Shown piece by piece: positions 11,951 through 25,700 of a DNA stretch of 64,000 bases. How positions within the stretch are numbered: position 1 is the first letter of the stretch; each line of letters opens with the position of its first letter. The stretch is from Vicugna vicugna (lineage: Eukaryota). The notes under the pieces are model-generated. The model had not been told where the DNA came from. It saw only the letters and a list, made by a program, of their open reading frames with translations, and searched no databases. A program made the translations under genes and the position numbers. The stretch lies in NCBI GenBank assembly GCA_013265495.1, contig MU057801.1, forward strand, positions 1,295,879 to 1,359,878, read 5' to 3'.

Positions 11951-13783
11951 GAAGTTCTGTGATGGACCTAAGATGTTAGGGACTAGAACAGAGGCATTGC
12001 CGCAGCCCAGCTGAAAGCAGAGGCTGGAGTAAAAGAAGTTTCTGTCGGTGGCTACTGAAAAGGGACTGTGCGAGCATCAGTTACACGTGCACCGCGCCCC
12101 TCCACCAGATTCTAGGGTCCCCGAGGGCTGGGGAGGAGCCCAGTGCTCTTGGAGCAACGAGGCCGGCTCTGTGCAGCGCAGAGAGCAGGACCTTCCGGAC
12201 GTGGACGCTTGCCCGGGTGTCCACCGCCGGGTTCCGCCCTGCTTCCTGGGTGATCGCGGTGGCACAGGTTGTTTGTTTTAAACGAGGGACTTCTCGTCTC
12301 TGGAAAGGGGGAGGTTATTATAAAATAAATACGTTTCTCAGCGAAGGTGTTACGATACTTGAGCAACAACAGAAAATGGGCGGTTTTACCATCGCGGAAG
12401 GCCGTGTCTGACCGCGAGGCCGCTCGCCTGTGAGTCCCCAGACGGCCCCTGTCCCCGGCCCTTGGTGCTCCTAACACTTGGGGCCTGCGGGTGTCGTGCT
12501 GCCGTGTTGACCCTCGAAGTCCGGGCAGCCCCGGAGGCCTGTGTTCCTCTCTTGAGTCAACCGGCCGCTCTCTATTCAGAGCGCTGAAAGGGCTCCAAGG
12601 CGGACGGCTCTTCACTGTGGAACAGACGCTGCGGTAGCACGCCGCGCGGTCACTGCGCTGAGGAACTGACTGGATGGAGCGCTGCGGGGCGCGTCACCGC
12701 CTAAACTCTCCGGTGTCGGCCTTTGTTTGGAGAATCTTGGAGGTTCCCTGGAGTAGGATGGAGGGGCTCCTACACTTTGTCGCCCACAAGTCAAGAGGAG
12801 AAGCAAGTGTGCTGCTCTGAGTGCCGACACAAGGGCTGATACAAACGTTACTCTTCCGTTCCCACCGATGGTCTGACGAACAATCTGAAAACACGGCCGC
12901 AGGGAGGAGGGTTGCCAAGAATGCCAAATGTGTAATAAAGTAGCTTCATATGCGGAAACTGCTTCCAAGCTCTGCTAGCTGGTGCTTACTGAGGAAAGCA
13001 GTTATTCTTAAGATTGTACCATGCCTCCTTCCTATATCTTTCTCTCCCTTTTTTTTTATAAAAATGTTAATCTTCATGGTATATTTCCCTAGAGTCTTTT
13101 TCATACTCATTTTACAAGGATATAAATCACCAAATATATACAACTTTTCATTTTCTCTTCGTTTAATACACAGCATAAGTGTTTTCATGTTATTATTTTG
13201 ATGCCCGTAATCCTAACTGCTGAAGAATATTTTGTTAGGTAATTTACAATTATTATTAAATATAACCTAGTGCAAGAATTTGTGTTTGCTTCTAATTGTA
13301 TCATTATAAAAATGCCATTTTTGCTATTGTCAAAATGTACTTTTGTGGTGTGCCTTTTATTATTTTGAATTGCTTTGAATCGGAGTAGCTTCCCTGAAGT
13401 GAAGCTTTGGGGAGCAATGTTTGAGGTCTTTTGGTCCTTTTTTAATTGAAATACACTGGTTTACAATATTATATTAGTTTCAGGTGTGCAACAGTGAGTG
13501 GTTCAATATTTTTATAGATTCAACTTTTGGGTTTTTGATAAAATGGCCAAATGCCTTTCCAAAGTGGTTATCAATGCCTGATTCCACCGTCTCCAACCTT
13601 CTTTTTTATGGTCTCATGAACGTCTCCTTCTGCTCACTGAGAGAAGGGTGCAAGGCCCTTGTTTGGTGATATGCTTGGTAGCCCCCCAGAGATGGCCCCA
13701 AATAAAAGTGGAATTTGCACACATTTGTAGAGAAAGGAAAAGGTGGAGAAATACGCTATCAGAAGCGCGCCACAGCGTGCCTG

Positions 13784-13822
13784 GGTGTGCCCGTGTGTGT
13801 GCGTGTGTGTGTGTGTGTGTGT
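13784..13822. repeat. Imperfect (GT)n microsatellite
   Basis: Read directly. Confidence 0.9.
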
Positions 13823-15039
13823 GGTGGGGCTTAATGTACCTAACAAGAGATGGGTCTTTTGCCTGAAAACGAGGCTGAGCTGACCAGATGGTGAGTGGGG
13901 TGAAGTCACTTTCCTACCATTGTGTGCAGGGTTTCGAACTCTTTGTCATCACTCTGTCCTTAGGCAGCAAAGTCAATGGGGATGGCTCCTTGCATATGGC
14001 AGGAGGCAGAAGCCATTTCCGCCTTAATTCGTCACCACTTGCTCAAAACCTATTCATCTAGACTTTTGTCTTTAACACACGTGTTCTGCGTGGGTAATAC
14101 CGTACGTCTTTTCCCCCACTGGTCTCTCTGGCGTGGTCACGATGGGCACGGATGTAAGGGGCGGGGTATTCCTTCATTTGGGTCTCTCTTTTATTCTTTT
14201 AATTCTCAACTGCTGCTCTTCCTGAACGAGGACTGTGTTACAAAAGAATGGAATTTTCCAGACAGTGTTTAGTACATAAGAGTTTTAAGAGGCTTCATGT
14301 TTGCAAGAGAGAAATTAAGCATCCTCCTCTAACATGCAGACAACATCTGTCACACAAAGTCACCATTAATGGTGACACCGGGGTCTCCTTTGTGGCTGGT
14401 TTTCATCCAGCTGCACCTACCCATAAAAGGCGCCGGCAAAGAGGGCTACGCCTTTCTCTCCCAGCTCAGAACGACTTTGGAAAACAGCACATAAACCCAG
14501 AGCGAGTCTTTGTTAACCTCTGAAGTCCAGGCCTCCGTAAATCACTGCAAAGTCTTGCTTACGAACTCCTCACAGCCAGCTCAGCACCTCCATTTGGTGT
14601 TTTCTAAGATGCTCCCAACTTGGAACTGGCACCACAGAGGAAAACCACACACCCAGAAATGCAGCACAGGGTCCCACCTGTAAAGGGACCGACGTGCCCC
14701 CTTGCCCGTCAGTTACAAGTCCTCCCTCCAGAGCTTCATGCAGACAGGGCTCCTGTTTGTGCCTAAACAATCAAAACCCTGCAAAACCCTTGATGGGGCT
14801 ACTTAGCCATGGCTCAGGGTCTGACTTGACGAATTGTCCTGATTTACTTTGCTACTTTTAATCAAGATTCTTAAAGGAAAGCCACCCAGGAGACGAGTGG
14901 GAGGGGCCCACTTTCTTCGCAGGAATGAGCGGTATAAAATCTCTCTCCCCTACAGTTCGGTCGTGGCTTGTGTTCCGGCATGTTTTCTTCTCTGGGTTTC
15001 CCTGTGGACGTGTATCTTCTACTGGAACGTCTCAGATGA

Positions 15040-15500
15040 CTCACTGAACGCCTGCTGAGTGCCCGCGGTTTCAGGCTGGCTGCTGGATGCCCAGATGCCC
15101 CGGGGGACGGGATGGAGTCTCTGCCCCCTGGTAATCTTAGCCCCAGAGGGAGAGAGAAATAACAAATGGCGACAATTACAAATAAGGCGAGAGGGGTTGA
15201 GCGGTGGCACGTTAAATGAGGTGTTCAGAGAAGGCCTCTGTTTGTACAGAATTTTAAACGAAGCAAGGGAGGGCGCAGAGTGAATGTGCAGGAAACAGAC
15301 AGCCCAGGCCAAGGGAGCAGGCCGCATGCTCGGCAGGTCCCGGCAGCGGTGTGGAAGGCCGCGTGGCCGGGTGCAAGGGGCAAGGGAGAGGGAAGCAGGC
15401 TGTGAGGTGGGCAGGGCCAGTTCTCGGAGGGCCTGGGAGGCCAGGGGAAGGGGGGGACTTTACAGCACGTGCAGGGGCGCCTCAGGGGGTCTCAGAGCAA
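15040..15500 (-). mobile_element. L2 3' fragment
   Basis: Degenerate L2 phrases (tcagagaaggcctct, gcaggaaacagacagcccaggccaagg). Confidence 0.55.
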
Positions 15501-17262
15501 ACCCAGCCAAATGTGTAAGTTTCACACCAGCTGGAAGGTCTTGAAACCTCAAGAAACCATAATGTAACTCAGTTTCCTCACCTGCCACAACGGGAAGGCT
15601 GCCCTTAAAACTTAGGGATTTTACCCAAAGCTGACGGTTTCCAGGGGCTCACAGACGCTTGTCACACGCTGTGCGCTCATGCACGTGTGAAGTGGACTCC
15701 GGACGTCGGGAAGGCTGAGGACCGCTGGTCTGACGACCCCAAGTTAACAGAGTTCCAGCTGTACTGTAACTTGACCCCCCGGCCCTAAATATCGCTGGCC
15801 GTCTTCGACTTTTTTTTTAATGTGGGACCTAGTTTTTCATCGACTCATTTCCTTTCGCCATTGTTGATCAGGGGTCCATTTCCCAGTCTCTGTTCCATCT
15901 GGCAGATTGCATCCCATGCTGTGTCCCTTTCTGGACCTGTGTTCCTCGCCGTGCAGCCCCGCGGGGCAGCCTGGGCTTCCGTCCACCTTGCCTCTGCTCG
16001 GACGACTTGCTCTGGCCGACGGGATGTCAGCAGAGGTGGCACACGCCCAGTCCTGGACAGCGGTCTTGAACTCTTGCTCTTTTGCTTCCGCCAGCATCAC
16101 GAGAAGGATCTGCCTGTCCCTGGGGGACACTGAAAGTCTTGCGGGACAGCTGAGTCTGCCAGCCACATGCAGGCTCAGCTGATGGGTGCCCGGACACGCG
16201 GACGTGCAGCTAAATGAGTGCTCGCTGTGTGTGCGGCTGAGCCCTTTCCAAGCACGTTTCTTATGCGTCGGGTTCCCTGATGCGCTGTATGGCTGACATA
16301 CGTGTCTTCTTTCTAAAAACATCAAATTGGAGGTCCCGGAAATTATGTTCATTTATACCCATTTGGGCTTTAATTCAAAACTGAACCCCTAGCTTCAAAT
16401 TTCCTAACTGTGTTGATCAGCCTGGTTGTTTACACCTCCTTGCTGGCGCCGTCTCTGGTTTTGCCTTCAGAAACTGGCGCAGCTGCTCCCAGAAGCCAAG
16501 TCCTAGAGGGTTCCACCAGTGGCAGAAGGGTGAAGTTTGCAGCCCTAATCTCATAATTCTGTGACAGCCTGACAGTGGTACAGGCCGCAGCGTCCCAGCC
16601 TGATCCAGGCTGCTGATGCAGGCTGCGAATCCTCGGCCAGAGGCGGGGCGCGCGCTGTGGAACCTTGCTGAACGTCTGTGATGAATGTAAACCGCGGCCT
16701 ACCGGCTGAACCTTGGGAGATGCTCAGTTGCCCAGGGAAGGCTTAACCTTCAGCCCTGCCGGTGGCCGGGGGATTACTTGTCTTCGGTGAACTCAGCTGA
16801 GAGTTGAAAGTAAATTTGCTTAAATGGTAGAGTTTAGAACAGGCGTCACAGAAGAATCACAAGTAACTGCTGGTGAGAAGTAAACTGCAGGGAACCTCCG
16901 CCTGCACTTCGTCTAACCGGGGCCCGCCCGCCTCCTAGGAAAGGGGAGCATCAGCACCTCTTGATTTATTTTAGGCTTTTATTAAACTGCAGTATGAGGT
17001 ACCAGGGGACGGTGGGCTCCCTCAGAAGTAACAGGCATCACCCAAGCAACGTGTCCTTCAGCCCAAGGTCACATTTCCCTGCAGGAGAAAGTGGGGAGAC
17101 AGGAGGATTTTTTTCGATACTGAGCTTCAGTGTTATCAATACTGTTATCAGCGTGATGGTCCAGCTGTAACTCTGCAGACTCAGCTTAAGTGCAAAACCA
17201 TTATGAGCAGCTTTTCCAAATGTGGGCTGCCAGAAAGAGTTTTAAAAATATAACTAACTAGA

Positions 17263-17368
17263 GGGGAGGGTGCAGCTCAGTGGGAGAGTGTGTGCTAGCA
17301 GGCACGAGGTCCTGGGTTCAATCCCCAGTCCCTCCATTAAAAAAAAAATATATATATATATATATAAA
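17263..17368 (+). mobile_element. tRNA-derived SINE, Vic-1 (camelid) type
   Basis: GGGGAGGGTGCAGCTCAGTGG (A box)...GGTTCAATCCC (B box)...CCTCCA followed by A/(TA)n tail. Confidence 0.85.
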
Positions 17369-17494
17369 ACTCTATTAACAGATAAGAATATGTGTTGAGG
17401 AAATTACTGTAAACTGTTCATCCACATTGGCTTCTGCAGAAGACGTTTGTTTGCCTACCATGAGCCTCTTCCCTGCCCTTTTTCTAAAAGACGC

Positions 17495-17780
17495 TCAGTT
17501 TTACTGAGGACAAACGTGATCCATGGAAGGGCTGCATTTCCCAGCTTCTCAGGTGGGTGTGGCCATGTGACGAGGTTTGGGCTGTTGAGTTGGAAGTGGA
17601 GGTGCTGTGTATGGTCCCTTTAAGAGCAGAGGCACATGCTTCTTTGTCCCTTACCCTGCCAGCTGGCTCAGAACTTGGACATGAGGGTGGGCCTGCGACT
17701 GCCATCTTGGGTCCTGAGGACAGGATCATGCAGGGACAGGAGGACAGAGAGCCCCAGAAGCCTGGGCTCCATGTGACTTG
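17495..17780 (+). mobile_element. ERVL LTR (LTR33/LTR16-like) fragment
   Basis: catttcccagc...gtgtggccatgtgac motif typical of these LTRs. Confidence 0.5.
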
Positions 17781-19399
17781 GCTCCCCCACCCCCGTCTCC
17801 TCCTCTAACGGCCTCTCTAATCTCCCCCTCCCCACCTCCCCGACCACACCTGCCTCCTTCTTGGAAGGTGGAGAGGAGTCCCAGACTTCAGTTCCTCCTT
17901 CTTTCTTCAAACTCCCGTGGCTCCTCCTTCAGCAGGTCTCAGTGGGCTTTTCCCTGCCCCGGGCTCTGCTGAGCCGGGAGTGAGGCCCCAGGCTGCGGTC
18001 CCTCCCGCCCCAGCTCCCTGGTGGTGATGCTCCAGCTGCTCCTCTCGCATTTACCCCCAGGAAAACAGCCAGCCACACCCAGCCGCGGCCAGGGCTGCTG
18101 GTCTCCGTCCAAAGACCGCAGGCTCCCGTAAGGAAGGCACATTCGCTCCGGTGGCACTGCGTAACCCTCCTCTTGTCCGTAATGATCCAGGATAATTGTA
18201 TTAAAAGGCCTTTTGCCACTTTGAGGCTCATTTTCATCAAAAGAGCTGGGACTAGTTGTGTCTCAGGCAAGCCTGTACTGAGGTGTGAACATGCCCCTGT
18301 GCGTCAGGCCTCAGCGTGGCCCGGAGGACCTGTCTGCTCCCGGTGGGCGTGCACGCAGCTCGTGCGACACAGTTGTAACAGCCAAACTGGACTTCTGAGG
18401 GATAAATGGCATTGCTGGAGGTTTTCTAAGCATCCTCCCCGACACTTCACAGGATAAAAGATAACATTCGCCTTGTTTTTATTACGTGATGAGCCACTTC
18501 TGTGGCTTGCAGAGCAGGAAGGTTCAAGTACCACCTCTGACTCCTGATGGCGTGGATTTGAACCCAGGTCTGCCGTTTACTGTGCAGACTGGTGAGTAAC
18601 TGAAACGGCCCCAGGAGGTGGTTTTCCCGTCTGTAAAGTGGGAGCACGAAGGAGCACCTCCCACGTTGCGACGGTGCAAGGATTAAACAAGTTGCTCCCT
18701 ATGAGCCACCTGAAACAGGGCCTGAGCAGAGTGAATACGAAACACATGTGATGTGTGATTACTAAAATTCATTTTCTTTCAAAGAGCAGTTGTCATCTCA
18801 GATTGACTTGTGACCTCACCACACTTCACCCCAAAGACTGTAGAAGACACAGCCCCTCCCCAGTGCTGGAGTTCAGATCAGCACCCCTGTCACTCCCCTT
18901 CTTCAGTGTCAAGAACTCACCTGGCCGGGAAGGACCACTCTGACAGCAAGAGGGTACGTCAAAACCAAGACTTTGGATTTCAACGGAGCAAATCATGTTT
19001 TGAAGAGCCCTTTTCTCAATCCCCTTTGTTTCCAAATATCTGCTCATGAGGATCAAAATCACCTTTAGTTTACCTGTGGTTCTGAGTAGCTCAAAACACA
19101 TCTTTTCTCATAAAGCTTTTTGTATTTCCGCGTGGAAGCTGGCCTATCCCCATCTCCTGGGCAAACAACCCTCGGCCCTTGGCCGCGTTTCTTGTGGGAA
19201 AGCAGTCAGAGACCAAGGTCCTCTCCTCGGGCGGGAGTCTGCACAGCCATCCTGGAAACAGGGCGGAGCAGAGGTCGGTGGCCCCCTCTGGCACCATCTT
19301 AGTTGTTTTGAGGACAAACTGCTATATCCTTTAAAAGAAGTTTTCAGCTAGTAAACACAAAAAAAATACTCAAAAATGGAGATACAAATAGCCCTTTTA

Positions 19400-19957
19400 T
19401 TGTATTTTTATTGAAGTACAGTCAGTTTACAGTTGTGTTCGTTTCTGGTGCACAGCACAGTGATCCAGTCACACACACACACATATAGGTATGTTCTTTT
19501 TCATGTTCTTTTTTGCTATAGGCTATTACAAGATATTGAATCTAGTTCCCTATGCTGTACAGTGGGGCCTTGTTTATCTGCTTTTTAGATAGCAGTTAGT
19601 ACCTGCTAATACCCAAATCCTGATTTCTGTCTCTGCTCCTTTCCCCTTTAGTAACCATAAGTTTGTTCTCTATGTCTGTGAGTCTATTTCTGTTTTATAA
19701 GTAAGCTCATTTGTGTTGTTTTTTTTTTAGATTCCACATATAAGTGATATCATATGATATTTGTCTTTCTCTGTCTGGCTTACTTCACTTAGTATGACAG
19801 TCTCTAGGTCCATCCATGTTGCTGCAAATGGCATTATTTCATTCTTTTTTATGGCTAAGTAGTATTCCATTGTATATAAATGTACCACAACTTCTTTATC
19901 CAGTCATCTGTTGATGAACATTTAGGTTGCTTCCATGTTGTGGCTGTTTAAATAGTG
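19400..19957 (-). mobile_element. 5'-truncated L1 3' end
   Basis: T-rich tail, agattccacatataagtgatatc, catccatgttgctgcaaatggc; degenerate flanking repeat acaaatagc (19384) / acaaacagc (19958). Confidence 0.9.
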
Positions 19958-20439
19958 ACAAACAGCATATTTTAAATTTACCTCATTTAAAAAGCTGGGC
20001 CTGCTTCCCCAAAGCACATGAAAATTGAGGTGGCGAGGTGAGCATCCTGGTGCTGGCTGTGTGCCCTTCCCTCTGCCCTTCTCACCATTTGGAATGTCAG
20101 TCTTGCAGCCTTTCATCTTTGGGGTTACCTTTAACACTTGATTTATCAAGACCAAACTTCCACCACGAGAAATCACAGGCGGGGTCGGAGGAGGGGAACA
20201 GACACCCAGAGCTGAACTTGGAGACAGTTTCTGAGATCATTGGAAGAAATCTTCCAGTGCATGAATTCTGTTCTGAAATACCTACATGTCTATTTGAAAG
20301 TGTCCTTGTGAACGAGGGAAATACAAAGTCACTGCTAGGTTGTCACTATAGTAAATATTGCCAAAGGCACGCTCTCTTGCTGGATGCCAAAATCAGAGGG
20401 CAGAAATGTGAGGAGAATAGTCTAAACACCTGCCCCCCA

Positions 20440-20850
20440 AGACTAATTACAAAGGGGAAAGTGGTGACCTTGTGGTGGAGACACCAGGCAGACACCAATT
20501 TATCCGAATGATCACCAGCGAAGAGACACCTCGACTTCCTGTCCCCCTGACACCAGGAACGGAGGGGACCCAGCATGGCTCTACAGTCTGCTTCCCAAAA
20601 GGCACAATTTCAATCTCATGAGAAAACACCAGACAAGCCCAGACGGAAAGACACGTACAAGGTGACTGTTTCTAAAAGTTTCAAAGTCATGGAAGACAAA
20701 GCTTGAGAGCCTGCCCAGGCTGGGGGCGTGACCCCGCCGTGGAAAGTGGGGTCCAGGAAAGGGCGTCAGTGGGAAAAGTGGTCAAATCCAAATGAGGCCT
20801 GCGGCTGTGGGTTGGGCCCCAGTGTTCGTTTCTTGGTTGTGCTGGACACA
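20440..20850 (+). mobile_element. Old L1 (L1MC-like) 3' UTR fragment
   Basis: Phrases such as atctcatgagaaaacaccagacaagcccaga resemble L1MC 3' UTR. Confidence 0.55.
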
Positions 20851-21785
20851 GACGCCACATTTCACCACGTCTCTTTTTGATTCTGCAGCTAAACTGTTTA
20901 CTCACTCAGAAAGGGCACATATTTTGAAGCTTATTAAAAGCTTGAATTTTGAACAAAATGGCACGGCATACTGCCTCACTTTTACTAAGCGGGGTTGACC
21001 CGCCACACTCGGAGAAGCAGCCTTCACTGAGGTTGCCAGCAGAAAGCTCTAAGTGTTGGTGTCTGACGTAAGGTGTGTTTTTAGTACCTGGCATGAGCAC
21101 CAACAGCCTCCTTGCAGCCATTACTGAACACGCATTAAAATATTCATGTGAATTCTATTTGAATAACTTGCATGCCTTGTAAAATCTGAAGAACCTTCTA
21201 AATGGATGTGGTGGTAGAATGTTTAAAGAAATAAATTTGCTTTAAAGACCAGCTTTATCAGAATCCATGAAGGTTACACTGCGGCATAAATGTGCATACT
21301 GTTAATGCTAGGGGGGAAAAAGGAGAAAAACAGCCTCAGGATGGACAACGTCCTGTCCGACGTGACATTTCCAGCATATTAGTCGGGACCCTTACAGAAT
21401 CACCCGTTAGCACGGCCTCCGCCCACTTTTAAGCCATGTAGTTGGACATCAGACCGTGACCTTCCAGTGCAGTCATGACAGGCAAGGATTCGGATGAGAA
21501 AGGATTGCCTTGTTTTTTCCGCACCCTTTGCATTTGAACGCTTTGGTTTACGGATGCAAGATGAGTTTTTATCCCATTTCCGCACTGGATTAATGTACCC
21601 AGCTGCGACCATTGACCATTCGCCATCCCCCTAGCGCCCCCCGCACATGCAGCCGCGCGGCCCGTCTCCGCGAGTCTCACTCCAACTGGCGGGGCGGGGC
21701 GGGGGCACTCATCATTGCCTTGTCTAATGGCACAGGTTCGGGGTGGGAAACTTTAAAAGGGTGTTTGTATCAAGAGTACTGTTTC

Positions 21786-21920
21786 GGGGGGAGAGGGCCA
21801 TGCTTGGCATGCATGAGGTCAGGGGTTCCATCCCCGGTACCTCCATTAAATAAAATAATAATAATAATAAATAGCCCTAATTACCCACCCCACCAAAAAA
21901 ATCCAAAAATTAATTTTTAA
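21786..21920 (+). mobile_element. Vic-1-type SINE lacking the A-box segment, with composite tail
   Basis: catgcttggcatgcatgaggtc...ggttccatccccggtacctcca + (AAT)n + cctaattaccc tail; TSD aagagtactgtttc (21772-21785) / aaaagtgctgtttc (21921-21934). Confidence 0.8.
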
Positions 21921-24484
21921 AAAAGTGCTGTTTCAATGAGCCTTGTTATTTCCTCCTGTTGCTGATACGGGTCTAATTTCATGACCTAGCACTGTGTCCA
22001 CAGAGGGAGTGAAATGGGGTGGGGGAGTCAGGAAGGGTCAACAAGGGAGCAGACCCTGCATTGGTCTCTGCACCCCTGGCCCGGCCCACATGCCCACCCT
22101 GCCTAGGGCAGGGTCGTCCCCACTGTCCCCACTGTCTCCCCAGGATGCATGACTTCCCTGGCACCGCAGATGGTCCTCTGCCCTCCAGGGTCACACCTTC
22201 TGGGGAAGAAGGAAGTCCCAGCTGGTCTCCTCGTCCCAGTTCCCCTGAGTGGGGAGGGGGCGACTGGCAGGAGAGGGGACAGCAGCTAAGCCAAGGGACT
22301 CGGTCCCTCTGCTGAAATGAAGCCTCTTAGCCTGCACTTTCTCGTCTCCAAGGGGCAGGGTTCTAGTTCAGTCTCATTTCCTTTACAACCTAAGTTCATT
22401 CTTCTGAGAAGGGGTCCCCAGGTTCTCAGCCTGTCTGGGAGTCTTTGGTACCCGTGAGGTTAGGGACCTGTGGGCGGGGCCCCATTCCTCCCTCCAGCCA
22501 AGGAGTGATCAGCACACCGAGCCCTCCCGCACCCCCTCCTAGCTAATCAACCAAGGCTCCTAGTATTAAAGACACAAAGCATAACCAAAAAAGACTAGTT
22601 TTTTTGTAACTGAGGGCAGAAAGAACGCGTGTGAAGAATAAACATACACTGCCACTGCCGCCTCTTCCCAACCCTTGCCACCGGGGCTGTTCACCTCAGA
22701 GTGGGCGGGAGGTTTCACAAGGGCAGCTGAAGAGCGGCGCGTGGCGGCCAGCGGCAAGGATGTTCACGAGCACTTGATCGGGAGGGAGAAGAGTTCCAAA
22801 CAAGCATTGGGGGTGGTCTAGGCCGTCCCTGTCCAGAGCAGGGGCCACTGGCCACATCCGCATGTTTTTCAATTAAAATTGAAATTAATAAAACTTAGAA
22901 TTTAAAAATCTGCTCTGCACACACACTAGCTGCATTTCCAGTGCCTGCAGGCACGGTGGCTGGCGGCCACCACACTGGCCAGCACAGACGTGGGACATTT
23001 CCCTCCCGGCAGATTGCAGCCCCTGGAGCATGGGCCTGAGATCTCATCGGCTCACCCCTCCCTCCAGAGCCTGGCCTGGGCATCTCCCTCCAGCTCCCCC
23101 CTTTTCTGCCCAAACTCCTCCGTCCTGACTCATTCGCTGCGTGTTTGATCCCCGCCTCCTGCACCTCACGAAGTCCTTTGCCAAGACAGGTGTGTGCAGT
23201 GGGTCCCCACTGGGCGTTCAGCTCCACCAGCTTCAGATGACACATTCACTGCCTCCTTGTGACGCCCTGAAATTTCTTTGTAACTGGGTGGAGACGGGCT
23301 CAGAGACAGTGTGTAACTTGCCTGAGGTTGCACGTGGACACAGTCCGTCTCCCTATTTCTGGCACCGGCTGCTTCTCACAGCAAGTGCTCTGTACCAAGT
23401 ATCACAGCCACCGGTCTCGGTTTTGGGGTGTGGATGAGCACCCCCAGTGCTGTGTGTCCCTCTCACTGAGGGATCGTTGTAGGGGGTGCGTGGGCACGGC
23501 CACCTGTCTCTGTGATCGGACAGATTCCTTCCTTCTTGGGGGCCTCAGCTTCCTCGTTTGGAGAACTCAGGACTGAATTGCTACAAAATAATGCTAAAAT
23601 GTCTTCCACGTTAACAAACAACATTTGTTTGGGGTTACTTTTTACTCAATGGTTTGATTATTTCTCAAATGATTCAAAGACCATTTTGAGTTTCCCTGTC
23701 CTTGTGTCTGGGCAGGCGCCGTCCTGATAACGTAATGGGAACGTCTGGAGCTGCCGGCTCAGCCTCGCCGCCCCAGGGAGGTTCTGCACGGCCGCGGCAG
23801 CAGCTTCAGCGCGCAGGTTAGAAGCGCGCACATCGGGCTGGGGGAGTCGGAATCTGCCTTCCACCCAGATCCCTGGGGATTCATTTGTCCTCAACGGGTA
23901 CCTCTATTCTGAGCCTGGGGAGATGAGGATTAATGCAGTGTCCACATAAGAAATCCGCCCAGGGGCCACGCAGACACGGGGCTTGTCCCCGCGCCCAACC
24001 CTTCTAGCTCCGCGGGGGTGGGAGTGGGGAGTGGTGGGCCCTGGACTCCTGCATCTGGCCCACAAACAGGAGCGCATCCAAGGAGAGCGGTCCCCTCACT
24101 TGGGGCTTCTCCGTCCCCTCTCACAGCCCTGTCCCTCCGCCTGATTAACGCTCCACCGCAGCTCTGGCTGGAAGCGGCCCTTCCACGCGCTCCCGTGGAA
24201 ACTGATGTTGGGTCCACAGGACACTCTGGAGTGAGGTGGCCTCTGGGCAGTGTGGCTGCGAGTCACTGAGTGGCCCGAGGGGCCACAGGCCTGCCAGCCC
24301 TGGGTCCTCCCGGAGGCCTAGAGGAACACAGCGTCCCTGACTGCTTGGGGAGACAGAGCAGGGTCCCGTCAGCTAGAACCTCAGGGAACGGCAGCTTCAG
24401 CCTCGAAGAGCGGGCCGGGGAGACGGCAGTCTGAGGGGGCAGGGTGGAGTTCAGGGTCAGGCTGTGAGGCTCTGAGTCTCCGCG

Positions 24485-24825
24485 TGTCACCGCCTGGCCT
24501 CCCGTGACAGAGGACCACCAATGGGGCGGGGGGTGGTGCTTAAACAGCTCTGGAGGCTAAAGGTTTGAGATCAGGTGTCAGCAGGGCTGGTTTCTTCTGA
24601 GACCTCTGCCCGGGGCTTGCAGACGGCCACCTTTCCCAGTGTCCTCTTGTGGTCTGTGCCCTAAGTTCTTCTAAGGACAGTGCTCATATTGACTTAGGGC
24701 CCACCCTGATGCTCTCATTGTAAACAGTACCTCTTTAAGGACCCTGTCTCCAAACAGTCGCTGCTACAGCCCTGGGGGTGGGACTGCAACATCTGGACCC
24801 GGGGGACTCCGTTCAGTCCATAACA
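24485..24825 (-). mobile_element. MLT1 (MaLR) solo LTR
   Basis: ctggaggct...gagatcaggtgtcagcagggctgg..., ttagggcccaccctgatg, end ttcagtccataaca. Confidence 0.75.
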
Positions 24826-25344
24826 CGGCATCTCCACCGACTCTTCTGAGGAGTGAGAGTGGCTTTTCTGCACGTGGGTGGCACACTCTGTGTCCTGTGC
24901 GCCCAGCCACAGAGTCACCACATATGCTGGATGCCAGCTGCCCATTTGGTGTTTTGGACCCGGAACTGGACCCGCGGGGACACTGCACATGGCGCGGGGC
25001 CTCCCTGGCACAATCAGATTCCCCCTCTTCGGAGGGAGGGATGTGAGCTGGGCTCAGAGAAGCTGGGAGCTCCTTTCTGATGGGAAAAGACCAAGACACT
25101 GGCCTTGAGTACGGGATGGGGGTATGAGGGCCATCGTTCTGGGTCGGCTGGGCCCGGAGGAGCCAGCGTGACAGGGCGGCTGCTGGTAAGTCTCCGTGTC
25201 CTTTGTTACACAGCCTGGCCCACTGTTCCCCTGCCACCCCAAACTCTGTACATTCCCAAGGAACACAGTGGGGAAGAGGCTACTGGGATGGGCCATTAGG
25301 TCATGGGTGACCTCTGCGAGGTTGGCCCAGGATGAACAGTGTGA

Positions 25345-25700
25345 GATCTCAGTTTGGGCTCCCCCAGGGGCAGACCCTGAGACACGTGTAAGATGTTGAT
25401 AAGGAGAGGGTCCCTGGAAGGACCCCCAGGAAGTGGGCATGTGGGACGGAAGGAAAAGAAGCCAGCTGGGATGTGCCAATGAGCAGACCACCACGGAGGG
25501 CAGGGGACGTGGGGATCCTGGAGATGGCGGGGCTCACGTGTCCCTGCTTCTCCACTCTTTCTCCATCAGCCTCCACCCGAAACTGGTGGGAAGCCGTTAT
25601 CTTCCAGCACCGGTGGCCGGGCCCTGGCACCTCCTCCTCCTCCCGACAGGCACCTGCACGTGTGGGCACAGGGAGGGCCCGGGACCCTGGGCTGCAGGCC
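25345..25700 (-). mobile_element. LTR16-like fragment
   Basis: gggctccccca...gcagaccctgagaca start typical of antisense LTR16. Confidence 0.45.

Noticed and set aside
17263..17340. tRNA gene
   Set aside because: A and B boxes are present, but the stems are degenerate and an A/TA tail follows; it is a SINE.
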